Source: Okamejei kenojei | Taxonomy: Eukaryota | Direction of reading: 5' to 3' | NCBI GenBank assembly: GCA_035221665.1 | Contig: CM069136.1 | Coordinates: 41,602,001-41,666,000 of the forward strand | Length of the DNA: 64,000 nucleotides | Shown here: in pieces, positions 37,321 to 48,921 of the stretch | Layout: each line of letters starts with the position of its first letter | Numbering within the stretch: position 1 is the stretch's first letter | Notes under the pieces: generated by a model | The model's input: the letters and a program-made list of their open reading frames with translations, nothing else | Told to the model about the DNA's origin: nothing | The model's database searches: none | Made by a program: the position numbers and the translations under genes

Positions 37321-39917
37321 TGTGGAATTAAGTTCAGCTTGCTGGGGGAGTTAGTGTCATCCCCAATGTACTGATAGCACATAACAAATAAGGGGACTGT
37401 TTTTGGCTCTTGTTAAGGTGAGGGAAGTCATCCCGGGAATTCTGTTTGGAACCAGACGTTTATTGTATTTCCATATACATATGTGCCCATTTTAGTTGCC
37501 GGGAAAATGCTACTGATTGAATGGAGAGTAAGATATGGCAACTAAGTAATTCTGCTTTTTTCCTGGCTTAAAGTAGCAAACGTCTACAAAGATCCACACA
37601 TGTTAGAGTTGCCATTTCAAAGCATTGCAGACAAAAAATATATTAAGAAAAGTGGAGTATTTTCCACATGATGATAATACACCATGTTGGATCCCAGTAG
37701 GTGGCTTCACTCTGAACCTGAAACAAAATGTTGTTACTGAAAACAGGATAATCAGTAAGAATCAGTGATTACATTGGTTCTTTACAAAATTCAAGCAGTC
37801 TGAAATGTACTTCCAGAAAACAATATAAAAACATTGGAACCAAATTATTCCATGTGTTTGTAGTTTGTTACTTGGCTTTTTTATGTCTTCATAAATACAA
37901 TCCCTTGTGTATTTGTGTCTCTCATATGTCTGAATTTCTCACTCTTTTTCTCGTATCTATGAAAACAACAGCCACCAAAACAGGGAGTGGGAAATCTCTT
38001 TCGTCTTTTTAACAAGTGAGCCTCCTTTCATCGACTGCTGGCTAGAGTCCAGGTTCAGAGTGTTCTTACTCTCACTGGTTAGCCAGCTGGAATGAAGCCC
38101 TTCGATTGCTTCAAAAAGCTCTTTGTAACTACCTCTTCGGACTTAACTGCTGAGGTACTGCGGGTAACAACATGTAGTGGAATTTACTTTGCATTAATTA
38201 ATTCTCATTTGCATTGTGCTGCTACTGCACAACTTCGCAAGTCATTGCGTAAAATTGTTTGCAATCACAACCTGAATCATCTTTTATTCAAGCATTCTAA
38301 AAATGAGAGCATTTAATTCTGTTTGTATGTGCTTTATGTTTGGATTGTGCAGTTATCCGAAAGAACTGGGAACTTTAAAAATCAGATGTGTTTCTAAACA
38401 AATAATACTTTTTCAAATCTTCAAATTTCTAAATGAGTGAAAGTCAATAATAAATTCCATTGGACCTCAACTTCTCATCTCGCACCAGACCATGATGACG
38501 CCAGCATGACGTTGCCTTGGGCTGTGACCTTGTGGGTGGAGTTGAAGCCTACGTCATTGTCTGCTTCCATATGAGTCTTTAAACAAGGCTCTCAGTTTCA
38601 CAGTTTAATTTTGCAGTAGTGGAATACATTACATGACTTCTCAAGTTAGTTTGAAATCAAAGTGAACATTAATTTAATATATCATTATTGTTTGTTAAAT
38701 TAGTATCACATTTAATGAATCAAATATTTCCAATGTCCACGTGTTTCTTTGTATATTTTTCTACCAAGCACGTTATTGCTTATGTTTATAACATTTGGCA
38801 AAACTGGGTATTTTTTCTTCAGTGCCAGCATCAAGTTTTTAAAATAACTTTCTTTTAAATCTTGTTCTTTCCCAATAATCTTTGAAAATTTCCTTGACTT
38901 CCCATAGTTAAGCAGTTTGCTTAAAATGCCTTTTTAATCCTGTGGCCAATGCTGCAGCAAAATGAAAACATGTAGCACTAGAATTATTTTCTGCTGTACC
39001 TTCTGCTCTTAATTTGGCTCTAAATATTTTGATCCTTCTGGAGACGCTGTGTAGAGTGTCACAAAGATGGTGCAAATTCCTTGCTTACTGGGAAAAAAAG
39101 CTGATACAGAGAACTAGTGATCCTTTGGCATATAATTTCACCTTTTCATTGTCAACACTTGTATAACTTTACCCTGACTGAGGGGCAAAGCACATTGAAG
39201 AATGCTAACCAACAACAAATTATTAAATACAAAGCATTTTTGTTTTCAACATGCGTCAAATAACGATGACCCTGACATAAAATAAACAGTATGAATTATA
39301 TCAAATTTACTTTTTAAGAAATCATAAAGTGTTTAAATTATTATGAGGAAACAGAATTTTGCACATGTTATTTTAGACATGCAAAATTGTCGAACATTAA
39401 TTATGGCTGAGTGTGGCATTGAAAACACACATCCAGTTCCTTTGGCAAGGCATAACATTTTGAGGTTTGTCTTCAACCATCAGAATAATTAATAAGTGGT
39501 TGAAATCATGGCTGTTGATTGATTTCTGCTGATTACACTGGAGGAAATTGCAGTGTTTACCTCTAAAGAGGAGCAAACATTGATTGCTCAACCATTGATT
39601 TCCTATTCCCAACTGCTCAAGATGGTGTTGGGGTGGCCTCCTTGACCAGCTGCAGTCCATACAATGATGATACACTAGTGCTGTTGAGTGATATAGGTTT
39701 TTAGCAGCACATCACTTGGTCCAAGATGTAAGTTTTCAAATGACAAATGAGTCCCATTCAGGGGAGAGGGACACTGATGGGAATGCATCCCCAGAAGCAG
39801 GTTTCCATCAAGCTTTCAGCAGGTTAATACTCGCATCTAAAATTAATTTCTAAAATTATATCTGGCACCCCACCATGTCCTCAGGATGTGTGAAAACTGT
39901 TCATGTAGATACTACTT

Positions 39918-40233
39918 GTCACAGTGGTCGGGCGGTAGAGTTGCTGCCTTACAGCGAATGCAGCGCCGGAGACCCGGGTTCAATCATGACTACGAGTGCT
40001 GTCGACAGAGTTTGTACCTTCTCCCCGTGACCTGCGTGGGTTTTCTCCGAGATCTTTGGTTTCCTCCCACACTCAAGATGTACAGGTTTGTAGGTTAATT
40101 GCCTTGGTAAATGTAAAAATTGTCCTTAGTGTGTGTAGGATAGTGTTAATGTTCGGGGATCGCTGGTAGGTGCGGACCTGGTGGGCTGAATGCCCTGTTT
40201 CTGTGCTGTATCTCTAAACCAAACTAAATTAAA
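39918..40233 (+). mobile_element. tRNA-derived V-SINE (HE1-like)
   Basis: GCGGTAGAGTTGCTGCCTTACAGC, CCGGGTTCAATC, V-domain, (CTAAA)n tail. Confidence 0.88.
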
Positions 40234-41525
40234 CCACTTGCAATATGTAGTTACAATGTTGCACAAATCTTCATTGTTCTAAATTTTCATTTGGCTTTCT
40301 GTGGCCCTTTAAGTTGCTGTTTGATAATGAGGTTTAATACATTAAATGAGCACTGGTCACCCACAACATTGAAGTGCAGTCTAAGGGATAAAATGGTGCA
40401 TCCTGTGAATTTTAATTTTGCTTATCTGCACAAACTCTGTCAAGACCAGTAAATCTGGGACTGTAGAGTGTGTCAGAAAATACCTATCATTTGTTGGGAA
40501 GTGACATTTCAGCAGTTCCTTGAACTATTTATAGACTTCTGCTTGAAATCAAAGAAGCGAAGGAAAGGAAAACCATTTTGAACATGTTAAGTACATTTGC
40601 TAAACTTGTTGCCACTGCCAAATGAAACTGGATTTTGGATTGGACTCAAGAATTGAAAGACTTTTGTTTGGCATGGACATGTAGAGTGTGTGTGTATCCA
40701 CATATGGGTGTATTTTCCAAATCTGTGCAACAGAACCTGGGTCTCTTATCAACTTAGATTTTTTTGCCATTGGCCAACTGCATACTCATTTAAATCCATA
40801 TTGTACTAATGTGCAAAGAGGCTTCTCCTGCTCTTTAGACATGGAAGCAAGTCATCAGTGATCCAGGTGGACTTCCTAAGAAGAAGACTTCAGTTTCTTA
40901 CTTCCTCTGCTATAATCGTTCATTATCTCGTGACCTAAAGCACGTTTCGTTTTTATGCTCTCAATCTTTGGGGAACGGATAATGATTCACCCATTGATAA
41001 TACTTTCCAACGCCTGTTTTATTTGACTTGTGCATAACATTTAATGACATCACACCAGAAGCTTATTCATTGAACCATTGGAAACCATAAGTATGAATGG
41101 CTTTCAGAAGGGATGATTCAAAATCAGAGAAACTAGGAGCATGGACTAGAAAGTACTAGAAAGTGCAGTCAGGATAGCTGTGGAGATTAGTGAGCTTGTA
41201 ATGGGAGTTTTTGTTTTCTTTTCCTGTTCTTCTTCTATACCTTACTTATCCAGGTTAGAGGTTGTTAATCAGCTTTTGATACGCTATCTCAGTCATCATC
41301 TATTTTCTCTTTGTCTCCAAACTACTATGGCCATTCGATTATTTCTTCCCACTCCTCCCACTTATCCCCTACTCCTCTTTTAAATTTTCCCAACTCTGGT
41401 CATAATTCTGAAAAACTAATTCCATTTAACTCTAAGTACGTGCTGCATGACCCATTGGGGGTGGCCTTGGGCTTTTTTTTTAATTTAACCAAGCAGCAAC
41501 ACAGACAAAAGGATGGCATGTTTAA

Positions 41526-41900
41526 GGGGTATAGAAGAGACCTTGGTGAGAGCCTCATCTATAGTAGAAGAGGGGATGCCCTCTCCGATGCCCTGGTGTG
41601 GAACACCTCATCCTGGGGGCAGATGCGGCGTAGTCGGAGGAATTGGGAGTAGGGGATGGAGTCCTAAAAGGAAGCAGAGTGAGAAGAAGTGTAGTCCAGA
41701 TAGCCATGGGAGTCAGTGGGTTTATAGTGGATGTTGGTCAGTAGTCTATCATCTGCGATGGAGACAGTGAGGTCAAGAAATGGTAGGGAAATGTCAGAAA
41801 TTGTGTATTTGAGTGCCGGATGGAAGTTAGTGTTGAAATGGATGGAGTCAGTGAGTTGTGTGTGGGTGCAGGAGGTAGCACCAATGCAGTTATCAAGGAT
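41526..41900 (-). pseudogene. Penelope (Neptune-like) reverse transcriptase fragment
   Basis: Hand translation ILDNCIG...FHPALKYT..SLPFLDLTVSI....LTNIHYKPTDSHGYLDYTSSH...*DSIPYSQFLRLRRIC; catalytic YxDD eroded, internal stop. Confidence 0.85.
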
Positions 41901-42754
41901 GGCATGGTCTGGGGTTGTGGTAGAGGATGGAATGGGTTTAATGGGCTGATGATCAGTAGAATCTTGTTGGGGTGGGCGGATGTTTTAGAAGGTCAAAGAA
42001 ACGTTCATCGTTTAACATAATGTGGACAATTTGATTCGGTGATTTAGCTCTAAGACCAAGATGTCCATGTTTCCCTGCAAAATGAGTGTGAGTTGACCAG
42101 AAGTGATCTCAAACACAGTGTACCTCAAATTAAATATATTTTCAGCCATATTGCACTGAAAAGAAAACATCTATGTTTTCCTATCTCATTTTTGGACATG
42201 TATGTTTATTCCTTAAACATTTGTGCCCAAGCCTGACAAGGTGCTTTAAAAAATGAATTAACATAACACTTTTATGTTTATTGGAATGAATTATAATATT
42301 TGTTGAGTTTGGTATAATTGAAGTGCCTCCCAACACATATAGCTTAGAATATGGCCAATAGGACTAGGTGCCAGAAAGCTCTCACCAACTGAGATCAGGT
42401 CTCAGCAAGGAGTCAACAACCTTGGGCAAGGATCAAAGAAAAGAAGGAAACCTGGTTCAATTTTAGGTTAAATTAAATCAGTGTTGTAGCCTTTAATTGT
42501 CTTTAAATTGTTATTAAATTAAATAAAAGTAATAGAGACAAAACAACATATCGAACAGAATTCAAATGTTCCATAGCACAGCATGAAACTTTGAGAAAAT
42601 CCTGTTCTGCTGTATTTGTAAACGTAGCTGTGGAAAATATCGAACAATTGTTACTCCCTCTTGACCTATCAGTTGAGAGGTAGTGTTGATTGTAGTGCAA
42701 GATTCCTTGCTGCTTCAGTTACATCAAAGCCACAACTGACAACGGCCGCATTTA

Positions 42755-42856
42755 GTATAGTTTAGTTTAGCGCGGAAACAGGCCCTTCGGCCCACCGAGT
42801 TCTTGCCGACAAGTGATCCCCGCACATTAACACCAGTGTACACACACTAGAGACAA
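42755..42856 (-). mobile_element. V-SINE 3' tail fragment
   Basis: (TTTAG)n GCGGAAACAGGCCCTTCGGCCCACCGAG...CACACACTAG. Confidence 0.8.
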
Positions 42857-42864
42857 TATTAAAT

Positions 42865-44161
42865 TGTCTCACCATCTCTATTGCAGGAGATACACTCCTG
42901 ACCGACATCCACTACAAACCAACTGACTCCCATAGCTGCCTGGACTACTCTTCCTCCCACCCTGCTTCCTGTAAGGACTCCATCCCCTATTCCCAATTCC
43001 TCCGTCTACGCCCCATCTGCTCCCAGGATGAGGTGTTCCACACCAGGTCATCACAAATGGCCTCATTCTTCAGAGAACGGGGATTCCCCTCCCCCACTAT
43101 AGATGAGGCTCGTACCAGGGTCTCCACCATACCCCGCAACACTGCCCTCTCTCCCCATTCCCCCACTCGCAAACAGGGCAGAGTCCCCCTGGTCCTCCCC
43201 TTTCACCCCACCAGCCGGCAAATACAACACATAGTCCTCTGCCAGTTTCGCCACCTCCAATGTGACCCCTCCACTCGCCACATCTTCCCATCTCCCCCTC
43301 CCTGTCTGCCTTGCGCAAAGACCGCTCCCTCCGCAACTCCCTTGTCAATTCTTCCCTTCCCTCCCGCTCTACCCCTTCCCCGGGCACTTTACCTTGCAAC
43401 CGCAAGAAATGCTACACTTGTCCCTTCACCTCCTCCCTCCACTCTTTCAGGGACCCAAGCAGTCCTTCCAGGTCCGACAGAGGTTCACCTGCACCTCCTC
43501 CAACCTCATCTACTGCATCCGCTGCTCCAGATGCCAGATGATCTATATCGGTGAGACCAAGCGGAGGCTTACGATGTTTCGCCGAACACCTCCGCTCGGT
43601 CCGCAATAACCAAGCCAACCTCCCGGTGGCTCAACACTTCAACTCCCCCTCCCATTCCGTATCCGACCTCTCGGTCCTGGGCCTCCTCCATGGCCAGAGT
43701 GAGCAACACCGCAAGTTGGAGGAACAGCACCTCATATTCCGCTTGGGGAGTCTGCATCCTCTGGGCTTGAACTTTGAATTTTCTCAATTCTGTTAACCCT
43801 TGCTGTCTCCTCCCCTTCCCACCTCTCCCTCAGCCCTCGGGCCCTGGCATTCCCTCTCTCTCTATCTCCCTCCCCCACCCTAGTCGCACTAGCTTCTCAT
43901 TTTCACACCACAAACAGCTTACAATGGCTTGTTCCCTATATCATCGATACTTTTTTGCATATCTTTCATTCAATTGTTCTTTATCTCTCCACACCACCGT
44001 CTATATCTCTCGTTTCCCTGATCCCTGATCAGTCTGAAGAAGGGTCTCGACCCGAAACCGCCTATCTCCTTCGCTCCTTAGATGCTGCTGCACCCGCTGA
44101 GTTTCTCCAGCCTTTTGTGTACCCTCGATTCTCCAGCATCTGCAGTTCCTTCTTTAACAAT
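42865..44161 (+). mobile_element. 5'-truncated Penelope-like element (RT thumb, GIY-YIG endonuclease, 3' UTR with hammerhead-like motif)
   Basis: HYKPTDSHSCLDYSSSHP, SIPYSQFLRL, CNRKKCYTCP, FTCTSSNLIYCIRCSRC..IYIGETKRRL, PVAQHFN, RKLEEQHLIFRLGSL.P.GLN-stop 43796; frameshifted; TSD ATATTAAAT 42856-42864 / 44162-44170. Confidence 0.92.
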
Positions 44162-44344
44162 ATATTAAATCACTTGTTGCCATCCGGAACACAAGTGGTT
44201 CCAGCACAAGGCATTATTGTATAAATGGCACCTAAAAATCACGGCAGGATCCAAATAATTAAACCTTGATATCCAAATGAGGTTCCTGCCTGCTTCTGTC
44301 AAGTAGCCTTGAAAGTGCAGAAAACCCAGCACGTAAAATGTCAT

Positions 44345-45320
44345 CAAGCAAGGTTTCAAGGTCAGTTTATTGTTACATGTACCAATTAAGGTACAGTGAA
44401 ATTTGAATTACCACACAGCCATACTAAAAAAAAAGCAACAAGACACACAACTACATAAAAGTTAACATAAACATCCACCACAGAGGATTCCCACGTTCCT
44501 CACTGTGATGGAAGGCAATAAAGTCCAATCTCCTTCCTCTTTTATTCTCCTGCGGTTGGGGTAGTCCAACCATCCGCAGTCAGGGCGATCGGGGCATCGA
44601 TCCAAGCCCCGGGGTGATCCAAGCTCCCCATCGGGGTGATCCAAGCTCCCGTGTCGGGGTGATCCAAGCTCCTGTCTGGATCCAAGTTCCCCATCGGGGG
44701 GTTCCCCATCGGGGGGATCCACCATCGGGCGATCCAAGTTCCCCATCGGGGATCCAAGTTCCCCATCGGGCGATCCAAACCCCATCGGGGGGGCGATCCA
44801 AGATAGATCCAAGCTCCCCATCGGGGGATCCAAGAGATCCAAGTTCCCCATCGGGGCGATCCAACTCCCCAGCTCCCCATCGGGGCGATCCAAGCTCCCC
44901 ATCGGGGCGATCCTCCCCATCGGGGGGAAAGCTCCCCATCGGGGGATCAAAGCTCCCCCGTCGGGGCGATCCAAGCACCCGGGGATCCAATCGGGGCGAT
45001 CCAAGCTCCCCACGTCGGGGGCGATCCAAGCGATCCCACGTCGGGGCGATCCAAGCTCCCCATCGGGGGCGATCCAAGCTCCCCATCGGGGGGATCCAAG
45101 CTCCCCATCGGGGGGATCCAAGCTCCCCATCGGGGGGATCCAAGCTCCCCATCGGGGGGATCCAAGCTCCCCATCGGGGGGATCCAAGCTCCCCATCGGG
45201 GCGATCCAAGCTCCCGCGTCGGGGCGATCCAAGCTCCCCATCGGGGGGATCCAAGCTCCCGCGTTGGACGATCGGAGCCCCTGAGTCCGGGCGGTCGAAG
45301 CTCCCGCGTTGGCCGATCGA
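44345..45320 (-). mobile_element. Unclassified retroposon carrying a GC-rich minisatellite
   Basis: Reverse complement of 44345-44545 matches 54905-55090 (GGACTTT..TGCCTTCC.TCACAGTG, CAAATTTCACT, ACAAT.AA); AATAAA plus short tandem tail. Confidence 0.65.
44583..45320. repeat. Minisatellite, ~21-22 bp unit GATCCAAGCTCCCCATCGGGG(G/C)
   Basis: Near-perfect units at ~45050-45260, degenerate and deleted units at ~44600-45040. Confidence 0.95.
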
Positions 45321-47120
45321 AACACGATTGAAACAGGAAGTGTATTCTGGACGCTGTCAATAAACCAGAAAGATTAATGGACAATTTAATCTATATTTAA
45401 AGATGTACCAATCCTGACATTCAGATTACTTTGTCTTGCTATCTGTATGTTCAGCTAAATTTTCTACTGCACCATGTTTCTTGAAATGCTATGACTGAAG
45501 CAGAGGTGGCCAATTGGTCCACTGTACCTGTTTCATACTAGCTCTTCAACAAAGTCTGGTGTGAAGCATTAACTGAGATAAGGAGCAAGGAAAGGGACAA
45601 TAGGAATTCTATGTTGATTGTGAGAGGTGGCAATCTCTCTTCCCATTTGTAACACTGACAGCTCCCGGAAAGAAGCAGCGCAGTCAACTGTAGCAATACC
45701 ACTGACAAGAGAAGGGGTTGCCAGCAAGAGAGTTGCCTGGTAGAGGAACCTGCATGAGGATGAACGTTTAGGCAGTGAGAAGAAAGGATGCCAGCTCTCA
45801 TAAAAGCAAATATTCTTGCAAGAAAAGGGAACAGATCTTTAATTGTAAAAGTGAGTTGTCTGGTGGTATCATTCAATTACTTTGTTTCCAACTGCTAGGC
45901 TGGTGGCTGTTCTAAGAGGCGTGACAGAGTTAGAGGTATTCTTTATCCTTTCCTTGTACAGGGCAAGGAAAGAGGCTCCATGGGAAATTGATCCTATTCT
46001 CAGGCAGCTATGGAATGTCAACATTTAGAGCTTTCTCCTCCAGCTGAGTGCAGCTCTGAAACTTAGTAATGCAGCTTTCTATTTGGTCTGTCGAGCCCAC
46101 TTCACTTTCTCACCAATTTCCATGCTTTAAATTGCACTTTAAAAGCCCCTTGATTGCTTCAGCAAATTGATAAAATGATGATGTAAAGCAAATACAAATA
46201 TACTTTAAAAAGTGTGTAATTTTCATGACCACAATTTTTGCATCATATTTTCTTTGAATCACAAAGAATCAAAGGTGGAGGGGATCGTGGGAAATGTAAG
46301 ATCGGCAGAACTTTAAAGCAACCAAAGAATATAATTCAGATGTGCCTGAAGTAAATGGTGATTTGGAAATATAACAGCGTACCATTACTTTAGTTAATAT
46401 TAGAGTTATTGTTGTTATTTATAGCTACATGTCTTTCCGAAGCATTTTTTTAACTCTGGCCTTCCCATTTATAAATATACTGTTCTTTGGCATTTTGACC
46501 AACAGAGCAGGAATACGAATAGGAATTGTGAGCATCTTTTCATGTGTGCATTCTGGTCTTTAGTGTTTTCTGACATTTTTACTTTCTTGCATTTTCTTTC
46601 TGTTTGAAAGGACAAGTGCATAAACGGACAGTTAAGTAAAGTCCAAGTCAAAATTGTGTTTGTGATTTGTGAAGATTTCCATACAGATGTTTCCCCTGTG
46701 TATAAAAAAATCTGGTTTTAATACACCCATAGAGTTGCCATTGAGGATATTCAGGCTAGTTAAGCAGAAGTGATTGAGTGGCAATGCACTGGCGGAAACC
46801 AAGAGGAAATGGGAAAAACACAAGGGATTGGGAAATTGGAAACACTTTGTGGACCAAGCTGTAAACCAGGAGCTGCGAGACAGTTTCCGGAGGCTGTGTG
46901 AAGAGAGTTGAAGGAGTGGCAACATCAGAATATGACAGCACTGTGGACAACACATTCAGAAGCTGCTGAGCTTTAGGAGTTTGGACAAGTGAATCACACT
47001 GATAGATTGGAGCTCCACCTGACAAGATTTAAAGTTCGAAGAATTAATTGATTTTCCTATTGAAGTACATGTAGTAGATTTTCTTTTCATTTGAATTAGC
47101 TTTCAAATCAACATGCGTAG

Positions 47121-47220
47121 GAGTCTGAAGAAGGTTCTCGAACCGAAACGTTACCCATTCTTTCTCTCCAGAGATGCTGCCTGTCCCGCTTAGTTACTCC
47201 AGCTTTTAGTATCTATCTTC
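47121..47220 (+). mobile_element. Short Penelope-terminus element with compensatory stem II and TSD
   Basis: CTGAAGAAGGTTCTCGAACCGAAACGTT at 47125-47152; TTCAAATCAACATGC 47102-47116 / TTCAAATTAACATGC 47218-47232. Confidence 0.88.
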
Positions 47221-47532
47221 AAATTAACATGCATGTTTTAAGACTTTGATACCTATCAAGATACAACATGATGCTTGTGACTTGGACCATTGGATGCTAC
47301 ATCTGAATGAGTTGTGTGTAGAAATTTAAGCTGCTTCTAGGTACAATACTTCCTGTGGGTAGAATAGAACTGGTAAATGGGATCCTGAAGATTTAACTCG
47401 TTCCATGCAAAATATAGAAAATGCCCCTCTAAAAAAATCATTGGAACCTCTTACATATTAAAAACTGTTGACTAAATCTAATCATTTGATGGTATCCAAA
47501 TAAAGAATTTTCATAAAAAACGTCACTTAAAA

Positions 47533-47658
47533 TGTGTAGGAAGGAACTGCAGATGCTAGTTAAAATCGAAGACCGACACAAAATGCTAGAGTAACGCAGC
47601 GGGGCAGGCAGCATCTCTGGAGAGGAATGCCTGACGTTTCAGATCGAGACCCTTCTTC
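47533..47658 (-). mobile_element. Short Penelope-terminus element truncated inside the core
   Basis: TGTAGGAAGGAACTGCAGATGC...GACGTTTCAGATCGAGACCCTTCTTC. Confidence 0.85.
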
Positions 47659-47725
47659 TCACTCTTAAAATTATGGGTGAAAGTCATGGGACATTTTTTA
47701 ATGTAATGGCTGTCATTATTTAAAT

Positions 47726-47848
47726 ACAAGAAACTGCAGATGCTGGTTTACAAAAGAAGACACAAAGTGCTAAGGTAACTCAGTGGGTCAGGCAGCATTT
47801 CTGGAGCACATGGATAGGTGACCTTTCAGGTCGGGACCTCTCTTCAGC
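47726..47848 (-). mobile_element. Short Penelope-terminus element, variant stem II
   Basis: Reverse complement of 47820-47847 = CTGAAGAGAGGTCCCGACCTGAAAGGTC. Confidence 0.8.
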
Positions 47849-48486
47849 ATATAGCATTGAATTGTTCCATCACAAAAGTCTCTGGGAACCTGACAACGTA
47901 ATGGAGGGAAGGACTTTTGGAATGAAATGGTTTAATTCTAGAACTGCTTGCAGCCCAGGAGGAGCATGAAAGCCATCCTCTGATCTGTCCTCACATCTCC
48001 TCCTCGCACCTATGGCCCTGAAAATGGGAAAATTGGATCATTTTTTCAATCTTTCCCACCCAATCCCTCCAAAGATTTTGATTCCCCTGTCTCCATTCTC
48101 TCCAGGTATTCCATCCACACATGCCCACCCTCCCTTAGTCTCCTCAATCCCCCTGTTTAAAATGCTCATTCTGTTTGATTATCAAACTGAATGTAATCTG
48201 TCACACATGTACTTGCCTGTGTTTCCCAACTGATAATCAGTTCTCATCACATATGGCAACAAAACACTCTTGACTACTCTTGACTACTTCTTTCCACCTC
48301 TTCTCAAACTAACAATATGTCACCATTTCGCAATGATTTTAGAGAGATAGCACTCATTCACATTTAGAGCTAGATTTAAAGGAGGACACTATGTGAGGAA
48401 GCACACTGAATTAAATTGGTATATGAGTTACTGGTTTGAAATGCAACATGAATTGGACCATAAGCCAGTGGTAAAACATGAAAAGT

Positions 48487-48790
48487 CTTGCATTTTTATG
48501 GTATTATTCACATCCCTTTCTGAACATCCCAAAGTGCTTCACAACTAATGGAGTTCTGTAACATTTAATCATGTTGCAATGTAGGAAATGCAATCAGCAA
48601 GCCACTACGAACAAAAAAAATCTGTTTTACGATTTTCATTGAAATATATAACAGCCAGAACATCAAAGGTCACTTCAGTTACATCATGGGATGTTTCAAG
48701 TCCACCTGAGGGAGGACAAAGGTCTCAGTTTAACATCTGTTTCAAACGGTGCATCAATACTGAAAATCAAAGTCAGCCTATGTTTACAAT
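48487..48790 (-). mobile_element. Degraded Deu-domain SINE
   Basis: CATCCCAAAGTGCTTCACA, AATGTAGGAAA and CATGGGATGTTTCAAGTCCACCTGAG..GGTCTCAGTTTAACATCT resemble the Deu-domain complement. Confidence 0.6.
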
Positions 48791-48794
48791 GCAC

Positions 48795-48921
48795 CTTACC
48801 CCTCACATGGAGGGAGTGGATGAGAACATGGGATAACATGGAACTAGTGTGAATGGGTGATTGATGGTTGGAGTGGGCCACAAGGCCTGTTTCCCTACTG
48901 TATCTCTAAACTAAACTAAAC
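48795..48921 (+). mobile_element. V-SINE 3' tail fragment
   Basis: GGGATAACATGGAACTAGTGTGAATGGGTGAT...GGCCTGTTTCC..CTGTATCT(CTAAA)n. Confidence 0.75.

Noticed and set aside
44583-45320. CRISPR-like array
   Set aside because: Units are directly adjacent with no unique spacers, there are no cas genes, and the context is vertebrate.
44462-45384. Five long overlapping ORFs (up to 287 aa) on both strands
   Set aside because: They arise because the minisatellite unit lacks stop codons; the translations are just the repeat in different frames.
46760-47030. Purine-rich coding-looking stretch
   Set aside because: Short open frames only, no convincing splice sites, no recognisable protein.
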